Below are positions 41,787 through 55,423 of a stretch of DNA of 64,000 nt, piece after piece. Each line of letters starts with the position of its first letter. The first letter of the stretch is position 1. The stretch is from Callorhinchus milii (lineage: Eukaryota). Below the pieces are notes generated by a model. It searched no databases. It was given only the letters and a program-made list of their open reading frames with translations, and had not been told where the DNA came from. Position numbers and translations under genes: made by a program. The stretch lies in contig NW_024704742.1 in assembly GCF_018977255.1 (NCBI RefSeq), forward strand, positions 63,490,001 to 63,554,000, given 5' to 3'.

Positions 41787-42413
41787 ATAATAATAATAAT
41801 CCATGCATTTGATACAGCGCTTTTCACAACTTCGAGATATCTCAAAGTGCTTCACAGAATATACTGTGAAGTGAATGTATATGTGGGCGAAACACAGCAG
41901 CCAATTGTGCAAGGCAGAGTCCCACAAACAGTTGTGGATTGAGTGACCAAATTATTATTTTTTTTTCTTGAGGGATTATTATCAGACATATGGAGTAAGG
42001 AAACTTGCCCAAGTTTTCGCCCTGCCGGGAATCAAACCCAGGTCTCTCACTTGCGAGGCAAGTGCTCTAACCACCGAGCTACAGGATTCCAATTTAATAA
42101 TAATAATCCTTGCATTTGATATTGCGCTTTTCACGTCTTCTAGACGTCCCAAAGCGCTTCACAGAATATACTGTAAAGGGAATTGACTGTATATTTGTGG
42201 GCGAACGCGGCAGCCAATTGCGCACAGCAATGTCCCACAAACAGTTGTGGATTGAAAATGACCAATTTATTATTGTTTTTGGTTTTGGAGGGATTATTAT
42301 TAGGCTCTGTGTGGAGTAAGGAAACTTGCCCAAGGTTTCGCCCTCTGCCTGGAATTGAACTCAGGTCTCTCACTTGCAAAGCGAGTGCTCTAACCATTGA
42401 GCTACAGGACTCC
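41787..42413 (-). mobile_element. Two head-to-tail SINE family A copies
   Basis: Copies at 41787-42090 and 42096-42413. Confidence 0.88.
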
Positions 42414-45400
42414 ACATTTGAGTTGGAGTGAATCCAGTTCTCTTTGAATGCCTCATTTATCAGTATTTACTCTGTTGGGTCACAGTATATTCTGTATGTA
42501 AGTGATTGAGCATAAAGGTTTTACTCCTTATGTTCTATCATTCATGGTTTCCAAATAATGTGCTATCAGATCTTCTATATTGGTGGTGTACAATATAATA
42601 ATCCTTGTATTTGAAATAGCGCCTTATCAAGTCATCGAGACTCCCCATGATAAGGCAAATGCAGATATAAAGATTATGGTTATTATTATATACTATGAAA
42701 TGCTGTGACTGGATTTGTAGGTCAATGCGGCAGTTAATTTGTACACATTAAACCGAGGACCATCTGTCTATTCAGGTGGACATTAAAGATCCCATGGCAC
42801 TATTCAAAAAGAGAAGGGAGTTTCTTCTCGTGTCCTGCCAACAATCCTCCAGATAAAATTATTAACTTTGTGGCTGTTTATCAAATGCCATAATTATTAT
42901 TATTATTATTATTATAAATCACCTTATGTATTTATTTCATTAGTTAAAGTCCCTAACTATTTTTTTCTGGCAAGGCTGGGGACCCCAGAGTGTATGTTGG
43001 GCTGCTATTGGAGGTTAGCCAGCTAAAGCCACATTGCTTGCCATTGAAAGCACTATCTTGCAAGTTTCCCATAGCTTGTCCAGTTCGGATCAACCTAACC
43101 ATTGGGGCTTTGCTTGCAGGGTTAACAGAAGTGAGTGGAAAGAATCCTTGCTTCCAGGGACTGGTCTGTCCCTCTTAGATCCAGCAGATTAGACAGGCTG
43201 GCTGATCATTTAAAAATAGCTTGATGTAGTAATGGGGGAAACATAGGAACATTCAGTCCCTCAAGCCTGTTCTGCCATTCTAAAAGATCATGGCTGATCT
43301 GTACCTCAAATCTAAGGTAGGGTGGGTGTTCTGGAGCTATTAGATCAGATGGGCCGAAGTGTCTTCTTTATCCAGATCAATCTTGTGATCTTCACTAGGT
43401 GGTTGACTTATACCAGGAAGTCCAATGTGAGCTTCCTTGCTACCAAGTTAGTCAAAATGGTCTTACAGGCTAAGACTAAAGACATTTCAGTTCATTTGAC
43501 TTTTGTTCTGTTCCTCCAATAGTTTTCCTATTATAACAGATTTAGAATTCCTAAGATATCGTATCTTATATTCTTTTTAAAATGCAAACATGACTTCATC
43601 TATAACCTTATAATACTACCCACATATTTCCCATGAAACACTTTGAAACGTCCTCTCAATGTGAAAAGTGCTATATCAAATGCAAGGATTATTATATTAA
43701 ATGAGGTGCCACATCTGAACCTCCATTTCCTTTTAAGAATACTTTTAAGTGTTCTTGGATGCATTCCATCTGAGCCATTGCCATATATACTCACATAATC
43801 CTTCTGCTTGGCTTTGCTTGGATATTACCAAAACAGGTGTCAGCCTGGCTCAGTTGGAAGCACTCTCGTCTCAAGGTCAATAGATTGTGGGTTTGAACCC
43901 ATTTGGGAGTTTTATTCACAGCTTAAGCTAGCACTTCAGTCAAGTAGTCAGAATTTACTGTCTTGTCAAAGATTCTAACCTTCTAATCAGTCATTAAAGC
44001 AAGGTCCCATGTGCCTGTTTGTCAGGTGGATCTTTTTGGATACTGCTCTGAAAAGGGAATTTGCCCTATTTCTTTCTGACCAAAAATCCTCTCAAGATAA
44101 ATTTGCTATTCAAGGAGGGTTTTCACTGTGCACAAAATGGTTATTGCATTCGCTGAAAAATGCAGTCACTACACTTGGCAATTCAACCACAACTTGCTTT
44201 TATATATCACCCTTCATGCAGGTTAAAGTGACAGGGTTGGATGTAAAACAAGGAGAAAGAGGTTGCAGTCAAGAGGTATGTTTTGAGATGGAATTTAAAG
44301 ACAGATAGTGAGAGATTGAGGCGGATAGACACAGGGAGATTCAGAGGCATAGTGTCTGAAGGCTCAGGCGCTGCCTGATGATGGCACAGAGGGAGTGAGG
44401 GATATGCAGCAGGTCCATGTAAGCTGGGTTGAGAGGACGAGCGAGCAGTGAGGAGTGAGAAGATCAGAGAGCTAGGGAGGTGCTAGGCCATGAAAGGATT
44501 CATAAGTGGAGATTGGCACCTTGAAATCTATTACAATAATGAATGTAAAGCATTTTGAGACATTCTTACATTATAAGTGCTATTAAAAAATCAAGGTTAA
44601 CTGCTTCTTCTGGAAACATGAAGGAGAAAGACAAATAATCTCCAGTAGCGGTACTGAATTTCTGATATGTACAGCATTGTTACTGGAACGCAGGCTTGAA
44701 ACCTGACTGTAACAAACTGACCATCAGCACAGAAAGGATTCAACTGATCTTGTTTGGCACAGAAGAGATCTTCTGCATTTACAGTAAAATCACAGCAAAA
44801 TTCACAGTAAAATCCTGTGAAGTACTTTGAAATATCTCAATGGTGTGATAAGGTACTGTATCAAATGGAAGGATCGTGCTTTAGGTTATCTTTCTCCTTT
44901 CCCCCCGCCCCTCAGCTCCCACCCCCAGCTTGGGTGCCCACCAAGGACAGTGAAGAGCTTTGAAATCCCCTCCCGACATGCAAAGCGCTATAACAATTTT
45001 CGTTGTATCAGTATTATTCTATTTACTATCGCAACAATCTTGGGGGAATGCAGTACCACCTATGATATCAAAAGAATGGGGAGGGAAGAAGAAGAGAAAA
45101 AAAGAAATCAGAAATAAAGAAAGTTGAGAGGAAGTAAAGGAAAGAAAGTGTGAAGGGGTAAAAAAAAATAGATGTCAAGGCACAGTAAAGAAATTACAGT
45201 ACTCGTAAAAATAATTTTTAAAGAACGTGAGGGGGAAATAGTTCAACTTGAAAATCTGAATAGCTTTTGGCATAATTCCCAACAGTCGGTCAGTTGATAT
45301 TCACGTTTATTGGATCCCAACACTGTGAGCCGTGTATTAATTATACATGTGTTAGGGTTGAAGTACGTCAGCTGCTTTGTGTTGTCTTTATTTTGCTGCA

Positions 45401-46251
45401 TTTGAAATGAGGTCAGCTGTACACTTTGCGTACATTAGCCCCAGCCGGTCACAGTCCTGTGCCAAATTAAGGGGCTTTGGTAAAGCTCAGCGAAAAAAAA
45501 GCAGATGTCAGCTAAATCGCAACGTCCTTGATTTAACTCTTTGAGGACTGCAGTAGCACTTCTGTATCACTGCCTATCTAAAATTACGGTTCTCTTAGTT
45601 TAACAGTTGGGTATGAATTCTGCTGTTATGTTACTGAAATGGACTGATGTTGTTTATCCGCAGTTCTTCCAATGGACCACTACTGCAGTACAAGTGCTCT
45701 GGGACGCTACCCTGCTTGAGGGGCACTATATAAACGCAAGTTGTTGTTGTAGTGTTCCTGTGTGTCAGATGTAATTTACTTCCCTAACCCTGATTGGCAT
45801 CTACATTATATAATATTGCACCTTTGCAATACATGTCTCCTATTCATCTGTAGCGTATTACTCCAATAGTATAGACAGAAGAAAACATCAAGAGGAATTC
45901 CCAGAGACTTTCCTGTTGGAAAATGTAAATGTTTCCTATTTATTAATGGTCCCCTGTTGATAGAGAGCAAGCATATATCAAATGCAATTATTATTATGAA
46001 GCAAATAAGGGAAGGAGAGAAAGAGATTGGAAGGAAGTGAAACTCCGAGTAAAGAGCAAGTTTCAAGAGCTAGATGCAGAGAGTACTTACTGGACTCTAC
46101 ATTGGAAATTCCTTCCCTTCCAATTGCCGATAATAATTTCAGTTGAGGTTGAAAATAAGTTAATTGACGAGATAATATCTACTGAGCAATCTCTCATTCA
46201 AATAGCTTGAGACCAGAATGATCCCAAGTTAATTCTATGGGTTAGTAGGGC

Positions 46252-46424
46252 AACAACAACAACAACAACAAGATTGCGTTTATAGAGTGCCTTTCACGTC
46301 GGGAGGATGTCCCAAGGTGCTGGACAGTTGGGTCGGGACCCGAGCAGGGGGGAAATGGTCAGGGTGAGGGGAGGGAAGGGAGGGAGCGAGGAGGAGGTAG
46401 AGAGTCAAGAGGGGAGCTGAAGGC
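46252..46424 (-). mobile_element. L2 3' end
   Basis: Same 3' UTR as 3107-3357, with (CAA)n. Confidence 0.85.
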
Positions 46425-46742
46425 AGCAAAGGAGTGAGTGCCAACATTGGCCTTGGTGTCTATATGTTAGTGAAAGGAAAGGAAATCAGCCATGGTTCCT
46501 GTTCCAATTCCTCTGCAGTGTGGACCGGTGAGCCAGTAGTCAGGTAGCCTGTTACCACTCACTATCTGGGCTGATTCTGAAGAATGGGCATTTGGTCCTG
46601 GACACCTCAATGAATTAGGAAATGAATTGTACCCTCTGGTAAAGTGATTCAGAACAAGGAGCCATCACCTTAAAATTAGATGTAAGTCAATTGGGAGTGA
46701 TGATAGAAAATATTTCTTCACACAAAGGTTTGTGAGAACGCA

Positions 46743-47671
46743 CAGGGTGTCCACAAAGTTCTGTTATCCCCATTTTTTTTCTACTGTGCACTGACGAATA
46801 ACTGAAATATGTGGAAGAATGATGATAATTGTGATGATAATAATACTCCTTGCATTTGATGAATAGGACACATTAAATGCTCTGAGACGATACCCGGCAT
46901 AAGTATAAGTGCAAGTTGTTGCTGTTGCATTTGATATAGCGTTTTTCACATCTCAAAGAACTTCACAGAATAGACTTTTTTCACTCAGCGAGTTGTTTAA
47001 ATTTAGAATGATCTGCCTGAAAGGGCAGTGAAGTCCGATTCGATAACAGCTTTTAAGAGAGAACTGGATAGGTATCTGGGGAAGACAGGTTTGCAGGGTT
47101 ATGGGAAGAAAGCTGGTGGTTGGAGTTAGTGAAAGTGACTTGCTCTGTCAAAGAGCCGGCACAGACTCGATGGGCCGAATGGCCTCCTTCTGTGCCGTAA
47201 CATTCTATGAATCTATGACTGTATATTTATGGGTGAAACATGGCAGCCAATTGCTCACAGCAGTGTCCCACAAACATTCATGGATCGAAGTAACCAATAC
47301 TATTATTTTTTTTCTTGAGGGATTATTATTAGGCGTGTGGAATAAGGAAACTTGCCCAAGGTTTCGCTCTGCCGGGAATTGAACCCAGGTCTCTCGCTTG
47401 CGAGGCGAGTGCTCCAACCACTAAGCTACAGGAATTGTATTTAGAAGTACTTCATTGCATTCAATACAATGTTTAACTGTATTTAGACGTCCAGATGTCC
47501 AGAGGATCGTTTTCATGACAGATAATGATCTGTCGCCATGTTTGGTGTGACATCTTCCATAACATGATGGAATGACGAGGAGAAATGTATCTCTGACATT
47601 TGTTTCAGCTCCTCCGTAGTCTCATACCACTGTTTTGTAACAGGTGGTAACAGGACTTTGTGGACACCCTG
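46743..47671. mobile_element. Non-autonomous Tc1/mariner-type element with 24-bp TIRs
   Basis: CAGGGTGTCCACAAAGT(T/C)CTGTTA at 46743-46766 and inverted at 47648-47671; TA on the right flank, CA on the left. Confidence 0.85.
46973..47216 (+). mobile_element. CR1 3' end with (TCTATGA)n tail inserted in a SINE
   Basis: tttttcactcagcgagttg...gatgggccgaatggcctccttctgtgccgtaacattctatgaatctatga, a typical CR1 terminus. Confidence 0.85.
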
Positions 47672-49514
47672 TATTGTCTCAGAAGCTAAATTAATTTAGG
47701 CTGTTTAAAACGAAATAGATAGATAGAAATAAGTGTATAAAGGGATATGGAGAAAAGTGAGGACATTAAATAAAACTTGTGCCATGATCTAATGAAATGG
47801 TGGAACTGGCTAACCCTAACTCTAACCTCTTGTTCATATGAATCTAACTCCAATATGAGCTTCTCTGACTTCGTGGAATGAAAGGGAGGAAACGGGAGGA
47901 AAAGTTAAAGAAAATGACTCGATGTGAAGAATGCAGAAAAATGTTTGAATATTATTTCTGGAAACACAATACATGAAGTATTAGTCATGAGAGGAATGGT
48001 ATAATTCAAAACCTTTCTGCCACATCCCCCCACCTTCCTCAGCTCTCTTCCACAGCCTTCTCCCCACAGCTTGGGTGTCCAATCAACAAAACAAATTACA
48101 TTTGTATAGCGCCTTTCACATCAGAAGAACATCCCAAGGTGTTGGACAGTGAAGGTTTTGGATCAGCTGTATAAAAAGACATCCTCCCAAATATGAAAGG
48201 TGCTGCATAAATATGAATAGTGGTTGAAAATAACAACTGATATCCAAGCCAGCAGAAATTCTAAGGGAATTAATTGGGATATCTGACACAGGTGGATGAG
48301 TTTTTGCAGGTCATTACAGATGTTAAATGGTGAAATAAAACAAGAAAACAGTGACATTTGTTCACCTTTTAGTTTCTTTGTTCAAATCCAAGCCAGATTG
48401 ATAGGAGAAATAATCTGCTCTCTCTCTCTCTTTCTCTTCCGATATTAAGGGTATTTGTTATGTAAAATAATTCTATGTAAAATCCAGTTTCTAATCAGTG
48501 TAGACACACAGCACAATGTTGCCCACAAGATGGCACCAAACCACAAAGCTTAGTGATGGTTGGATAGAAAAGAGAGACAATATCACATCACTTTGACAAT
48601 ATCCTTGCATTTGATATTGCGCCTTTTCACATCTTCAAGACATCTCAAAGCACTTCACAGAATATACTGTAAAGTGAATTGACTGTATATTTTGTGGGTG
48701 AAACAAAGCAGCCATTTGCACACAGCAGTGTCTCACAAACAGTCGTGGATTGAGTGACCATATTCATATTTTTTTTTGAAGGGCTTATTACCCCCGGAAA
48801 AACGATCTGCCAATTGACTAACAACTGGGTTCCTACTTACTGCAATGTAAACAAAGCCATGTGGAGTAAGGAAACTTGCCCAACATTTTGCCCATGATGT
48901 TAGGGGACGGGATAGATCGGAGGGAGTTTAACCCTAGATCTCTTCGTGTTGTACCAGACATGGTATTGCACGCTGCCAAAGTAGAACACTTTTCAGTGAA
49001 CAATGTTTCACTGGCCCAATCCCAAAGTGATGACTACGAAACTGGTGTAACAGGCTGTGGTGGAAAGATTGAACATAGGTTGATACAAAAATTAACAAAG
49101 ATTTATAAAGGATATACAGCACCGAAACAGGCCAATCGGCCCAACCAGTCGTGCCAGTGTTTTATACTCCACACAAGTCTCCATCCATTCCTTATTCCCT
49201 TCAACACCCTCCTATTCTCCGATTCAATCTCACTATCCTCTACATAAAGCAATTCTTCCTAACTTCTCTTTTTGATTCCATATTTGCTATCTTATAACAA
49301 TAATAATAATACTAATAGTCATTGCATTTGATAAAGCATCTTATCACTTTGTCGAGGTACCTCAAAAAGCTTCACAGAATATACTGTAAAGTGGATTATC
49401 TGTATTTTGTGGGCAAACACAGCAGCCAGTTTGTATACAGCAATGTCCCACAAACAGCCATGGAGTGAGTGACCAATTTTTATTTGGGAAGTTTGTTGGC
49501 CAGGACATCAGCAG

Positions 49515-51145
49515 AGAGTGGTGCTGAACGGTTGTTTTTCTGACTGGAGGGAAGTGTGCAGTGGTGTCCCAGGGGTCAGTATTGGGACCACTGCTAATCT
49601 ATATAAATGATCTGGACTTAGGTATAGGGGGCACAATTTTCAAGTTTGCAGATGATACTAAGCTAGGAAAAGGAATAAATGGTGAGGAGCACAGTAGCAG
49701 ATTGCAAATGGACATAGGCAGACTGGTAAAATGGGCAGACGCGTGGCAGATGAAGGTTAATGCTGTTGAAATGCGGTTGAAATGCTGTACACTGTCCAGC
49801 GCCTTGGGATATCCTCCTGACGTGAAAGGCGCTGTACAAATGTAATCTTGTTGTTGTTGTAATGTGGAGAAACACAAAGTGATGCATTTTGGGAGGAAGA
49901 ATGAGGAGAGGCAATATAAGCTGATGGTACAATCTTAAAGGGGGCGAAGGAACAGAGAGACCTGGGGGTTCATATAAGTAAATCTTTGAAGGTGGCAGAA
50001 CTGGCAGATAAAGCTGTTAAAAAAGCATACGGGATACTGGGCTTTATAAAAAGTCAGGAAGCTCTGATGAACCTTTATAAAACACTGCTTAGGCCTCAGC
50101 TAGAGTACTGTGTTTAGTTCTGAGCTCCACACTTTAGGAAGGATGTCAAGGCATTAGAGAGGGTGCAAAGGAGATTTGCCAGGATGGTACCAGGGATGAG
50201 GGAGTTCAGTTATCAGGAGAGGCTAGAGAAGCTGGGATTATTCTCCTTCGAGCAGGGAAGGTTAAGAGGAGACTTAATAGAAGTTCTCAAAATTATGAGG
50301 GGATTCAATAGGGTGAATCAAGGAGAAACTATTTCCACTGGTGGGTGGGTCGGTAACCCAAGGACACAGATTTAAAATAGCTGTTAAAAGAAGCAACAAC
50401 AACAACAACAACAAGATTCCATTTATAAAGCGCCTTTCACGTCGGGAGGACGTCCCAAGGCGTTGCACAGTTGGGTCATGACCCGAGCATTGGGGGGGAA
50501 ATGGTCAGGGTGAGGGGAGGGAGGGAGGGAGCGAGGAGGGGGAAGAGAGTCGAGAGGGGAGCTGAAGGCACGGTCAAAGAGAAAGGTCTTGAGACCGGCC
50601 TTGAAGGAGGAAAGGGAGGAAGCGGCGAAGGCACTGGGGGATGGAGTTCCAGAGCCTCGGGGCTGAGAGGCTGAAGGCCGACCACCGATGGTAGGGCGGT
50701 TGGGGCGGGGGACGTGGAGCAGACCGGAGCCGGAGGAATGGAGGGTACGGGCAGGTAGGTAGGGGATAGTAGGTCGAGAGTAGGAGGGAGCGAGGCCGTG
50801 AATGGCCTTGTAGGTGAGGATGAGGATCTTGAATTCGATCCTCTGGGGGATGGGGAGCCAGTGGAGGCGAGCGAGGGAGGGAGTGATGTGGTCGCCGAGT
50901 CTGGTGCGGGACAGTACACGAGCTGCAGAGTTCTGAATGACCTGCAGCTTGTGGAGGGAGGTGGCGGGAAGGCCGGCGAGGAGAGAGTTCCCATAGTCCA
51001 TTGTTTGAAATGGTGGTGGAAGCCGATTCGATGACAACTTTTAAGAGAGAAGTAGATAATTATTTGGGGAGGACAAGTTTGCAGGGCTATGGGGAGAGAG
51101 CGGGGGAGTGAGATTGAATTGACTCTTTTCAAAGAGTTGGCACAG
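49515..51145 (+). mobile_element. CR1-clade LINE 3' portion interrupted by two L2 insertions
   Basis: QGSVLGPLLIYINDLD, KFADDTKL, QRRFARMVPGM...YQERLEKLGLFS...RLRGDLIEV. A mini L2 tail at 49763-49859 is flanked by a TAATG duplication. Confidence 0.88.
50395..51000 (-). mobile_element. Young L2 3' fragment inserted in CR1
   Basis: DYGNSLLAGLP...LHWLPIPQRIEFK; nearly identical to 56860-57450. Confidence 0.9.
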
Positions 51146-51249
51146 ACTATGTACTTCCAAGTCCAGACATGGGGCTTGAATCCACAACCTTCTGACACAG
51201 AAGCAAGAGTGCTACCACTGAGCCAGGAATTTATGTCTCCCAGTTATGA

Positions 51250-52560
51250 ATTTCCCAACCAGTGGAAACAGCCTATTTATATTTACCTTTTTGGGCCCTT
51301 TGATAATTTTAAACAATTCTATTAGGTCCCCCTTAAACATATCTTCTCTAGTGAATAAAGTCTCAACCTCTCCAGTCTATCCTGTAAGCAGTAAACTGTC
51401 AGCCCTGGTATATCCTTGTAAACCTACTCTATACTCTCGCCATCATTGCTGTATCCTTCCTAGAGTCTGGAGACCAGAATTGGATACAATACTCCAAATG
51501 TGGTCTAACCAAGATTTTGTATAAGTTCAACATCACGTCCTACTTTTATATTTTATCCTCTTGGGTTGTAAAATTCAAGATCCCATTTGCCCTTTTTTAC
51601 AGTTAAGCTACCTGTGTAGCTACTTTTAGAGATTTGTGGATCTGAATCCTTAGATCTCTTTGCTCCTCCCCTCCTCTTAGGTTCCTACCATCGAGATTAC
51701 GGACGGCTTCTTTATTTTTCCTCCTGAAGTGAATTACTTCACATTTCAATATGGAGTCCTGTAGCTCAGTGATTAGAGCACTCGCTTTGCAAGCGAGAGA
51801 CCTGAGTTCAATTCCAGACAGGGCAAAACCTTGGGCAAGTTTCCTTACTCCACACGCCTAATAATAATCCCTCCAAAAACCAAAAACAATAATAAATTGG
51901 TCATTTTCAATCTATGACTCTTTGTGGGACATTGCTGTGCGCAATTGGCTGCCGGGTTCGCACACAAATGTACAATCGATTCACTTCACAGTGTGTTCTG
52001 TGAAGCGCTTTGGGACATCCTCCCGACGTGAAAAGCGCTATATCAAATGCAAGGATTATTATTACTATTTTCCTACATTACACTTGATTCACCATCTATC
52101 TTTCCATTCTGCTGGCCTGTTCATGTCTTCCTGTAATCTTTGCAATACCTTTGGCCCTTGTTTTGTAAATCTCATTTCCTATTATAATTTTGAACCTAAT
52201 GGTCACTATCATCAAGATTCTACCCTACATTTAAATTCCTGACCTGCTCTCGATCATTGGCATTGCCCATAACTTGGTCAAGCAGTGCTTCTTCTCTTGT
52301 TGGAGTCTCTATATTGGAATAGAAAAGAGTCCAGCTCACATTGCAACAGCTCCAGCCCCAACTCACCTCCAGCTCCCTCTCTCTGCCAATCTGTCTGGGG
52401 ATAATTGAAATCCCACATAACTATTACTTTATTATTTTTGCTCATCTCCCTTATCTGCCTGCATATTTCTTCTACTTCTTTTCCGCTGTTGGTGTTCTGT
52501 AGTCCACCTCTGATAACTTGGCTAGTGCTTTTCTATCCTTTATTTCTAGCCAGATGGATT
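51250..52560 (-). mobile_element. Old CR1 fragments interrupted by a SINE
   Basis: Degenerate similarity to the CR1 at 49515-50390 (ccagaattggatacaatactccaaatgtggtctaacc). Confidence 0.6.
51753..52068 (+). mobile_element. SINE family A, short form, inserted in old CR1
   Basis: Full head to (ATT)n tail. Confidence 0.9.
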
Positions 52561-54262
52561 CAGTGTACCGTGAGTTACTACAAGGAGTTCTGTTAGTAAT
52601 CTCGTAATGGAAAAGCACTATTATTTGATTACACCACAGAGAAATTCACAACAGTTTACCTTCTTGACATTTTTGTGTGAGTTTCTTGACTTCCCTGAAA
52701 TGTACTCATTGGGCAAGAGTTCGAGCCATGTGTGTTGTACATGAACTGTGGATGGAATAATAGCATGACAACTTGACAGTGTATAGTACTGTAGGACAGC
52801 CTTGATGATAGCATCGCTTACTTATGGACTGGGAGTTCACTGATCCAAATCCTGTTGAGATTTTGAATCTTAGCTTGGGTTCCATGGACAAGTTGAATTA
52901 ACTCCAGTTTTCCACAGGGTTAGGGCAGGGGAAACCAGGCAGGGTTACTGTTCCTGCTCGTTCTACAACATTAACAACTTGCACTTATAGAGTATCCTTT
53001 ACTCGGGGTAGTATCTCGGAGTGCTCAACAGTGCCAGGCTTCACGCTGAGCTAGGGAGAGGGGGGAGGTGACTGTAGGAAGTTCTTCAGGTACAAACTGA
53101 AGACAGACAAGGAGAAGACACGGCAGAGGTATTGAGGTAAAGAATTCCAGAGTTTTTTTGGGGTTGTGGCTGAAAGTAGGTCGCCAATGGTGGAACAGAG
53201 GGGTAGTGTGTGTGTGTATGTGTGTGTGTGAGAGAGAGAGGGAGAGAGAGAGAGAGATAGCTGGATGAGGAAAGGTTAGGCTGGTTGTTATGCACTCTGC
53301 AGTTGCGTTTTCTGTCGATACTCAGACATGAATTGTGTCCACGGCGGATTCCAGAGGGCAACCAAGGCAACCAGTGCCCCAGCCATAGGAGGTTGGGGAC
53401 CAGGGGGCAGAAGCATTTGCCAATTGGTGAAAAAAATAGAAAAATAATTGGATACAAAATGAAGATGGTTAAATTTCACTTTTGTTAGGACTACCCTATT
53501 ATTTAAGAGCTTTGATTCATAGGGCTGAAATCAATTGTAAACCACTAAGTTCCATTCATCAGCCAGGAAACTGCTAATCTAACATCAATAGTACAAGAAC
53601 AACTTTTCCATTATATGTGACCATTCATTCAAAAGAACATCTAAACTATCGAATTACTTAATAAATTAACGCCCAATCTGAAAGTTACTATATAAATATA
53701 AATTTGTTCTAATCACCGCAGAACTGTCTGAATTTCCTTACACACTCCCACCCAACCTCCAGGAGATTGGTATTCTGCTGTGGAAGCAATGGGGTTGACT
53801 GGTATATAATAATAATAGTCCTTGCATTTGATATAACACATTATCACATCTTTGAGACATTTCAAAGCGCTTCACAGAATATACTGTAAAGTGAATTAAC
53901 CTTGTATTTTGTAGGCGAAACGCGGTAGCCAATTGCACATGGAGGATCCCACAAACAATCATGGATTGAGTGACCACATTTGTTAAAAAAATTTGACCAT
54001 TTCTCCTTACACATGGTCGTATATTTTGATAGGAATTTTTTTCACATCACCCAAAGTTTTTTTAAAAAAAATACATTTTTATTTGTTAATAATAACAATC
54101 CTTTGATTTCATATAAGATCTTCAAGATGCCCTCTTGACATAAAAGATGCTATATAAATGTCAATTATATTGTATACCACCTTTGACATCAGGAGAATGT
54201 CTCAAATTGCTTCACAGGATTTTACTGTAAAGGGTAGTGATTGTATTATTTATATATAAACA

Positions 54263-54502
54263 CACCACAACAACAACAACATTCCATTTATAGAGCACCT
54301 TTCACGTCGGGAGGACGTCCCAAGGCGCTGTACAGTTGGGTCAGGACCCGAGCAGGGGGGAAATGGTCAGGGTGAGGGGAGGGAAGGGAGGGAGTGAGGA
54401 GGGGATAGAGAGTCGAGAGGGGAGCTGAAGGCACGGTCAAAAAGAAAGGTCTTGAGACCGGCCTTGAAGGAGGAAAGGGAGGAGGCGGCGAAGGCACTGG
54501 GG
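54263..54502 (-). mobile_element. L2 3' end
   Basis: Same 3' UTR as 3107-3357. Confidence 0.85.
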
Positions 54503-54693
54503 ACACCAGCTGAATTGCACACCACAAATTGGAATAAAACAAGTTCAGAACTGTTGTGATTCATCTGGTATGAGAGAAGGTTTTTTGTGTATTATTCCTC
54601 TATACTTTGTTCATTTAGGTAAAATATATCAGATTGGTAAGAGCCGTATAATTGTGTTTGGTCTCTATGGCAGAGCTGGTGTAAGAGCTCCAA

Positions 54694-55423
54694 TTGAGTG
54701 TCAACAAAACTGAGGCCCTCTTGCTTGACTCCCGTCATCACCTCCATACCTCAGGACCTGACAGGATCAGCCTTCATGGATGCACTCTACATCTCATGGA
54801 GCCAGTATGGAACCTCAGCATCTTGTTCGACCCTCAACTGTCCTTCATCCTCCACATCCGTGCCATGAACCCCTCCACCTTTCCTCCCTTCCCAAACATT
54901 GCCTAGCTCTGCAACTGTCTCTCACCACAGGCCGCTGAAACCCTCATCCACACATTCATTACAACCAGGCTCGACTACACACGCACTCTGCTTGTCGGCC
55001 TCCCCAACTCCTCCCTCCACAGGCTGCAGATCATCCAGAACTCGGCAGCCCATGTCCTCCACCCTATCAACCCCATCCTTGCCCAACTTCACTGGCTCCC
55101 TATCCCCCAGAGGATAGAGTTCAACATCCTCGTCCTCACCCTCATGGTCCCCCACAGCCTTGCCCCTCCCTATCTCTGTGACCTCCTAACCCCCTACGAA
55201 CCTGACCACTCCCTCCGCTCAGCAGGCTCCAACCTGCTTCATGTCACCCGCCTTGCCCGCCCCACCATTAGCAGGCGGGCCTTCAGCCAATCTGCTAACA
55301 CACTTTGGAACTCCATCTCACAGTCCCTCCACTTCAGCCCCTCCCTTGCCTCCTTCAAGACCCATCTCAAGACCCTCATCTTTGACGGTGCCTTCGATCA
55401 CCCTCCTACCCCTACCCCTATCT
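54694..55423 (+). mobile_element. Older L2 3' fragment; its tail resumes at 57451-57567 after the nested younger L2
   Basis: Degenerate ORF2 C-terminus (LHWLPIPQR, RAFS, LWNS, FKTHLKT); 57451-57567 continues the same 3' UTR seen in the copy at 307-870. Confidence 0.8.

Noticed and set aside
46440..46640. Possible LF-SINE-like old repeat (also ~11500-11640 and 52780-52960)
   Set aside because: Too degenerate to classify or delimit without alignment tools.
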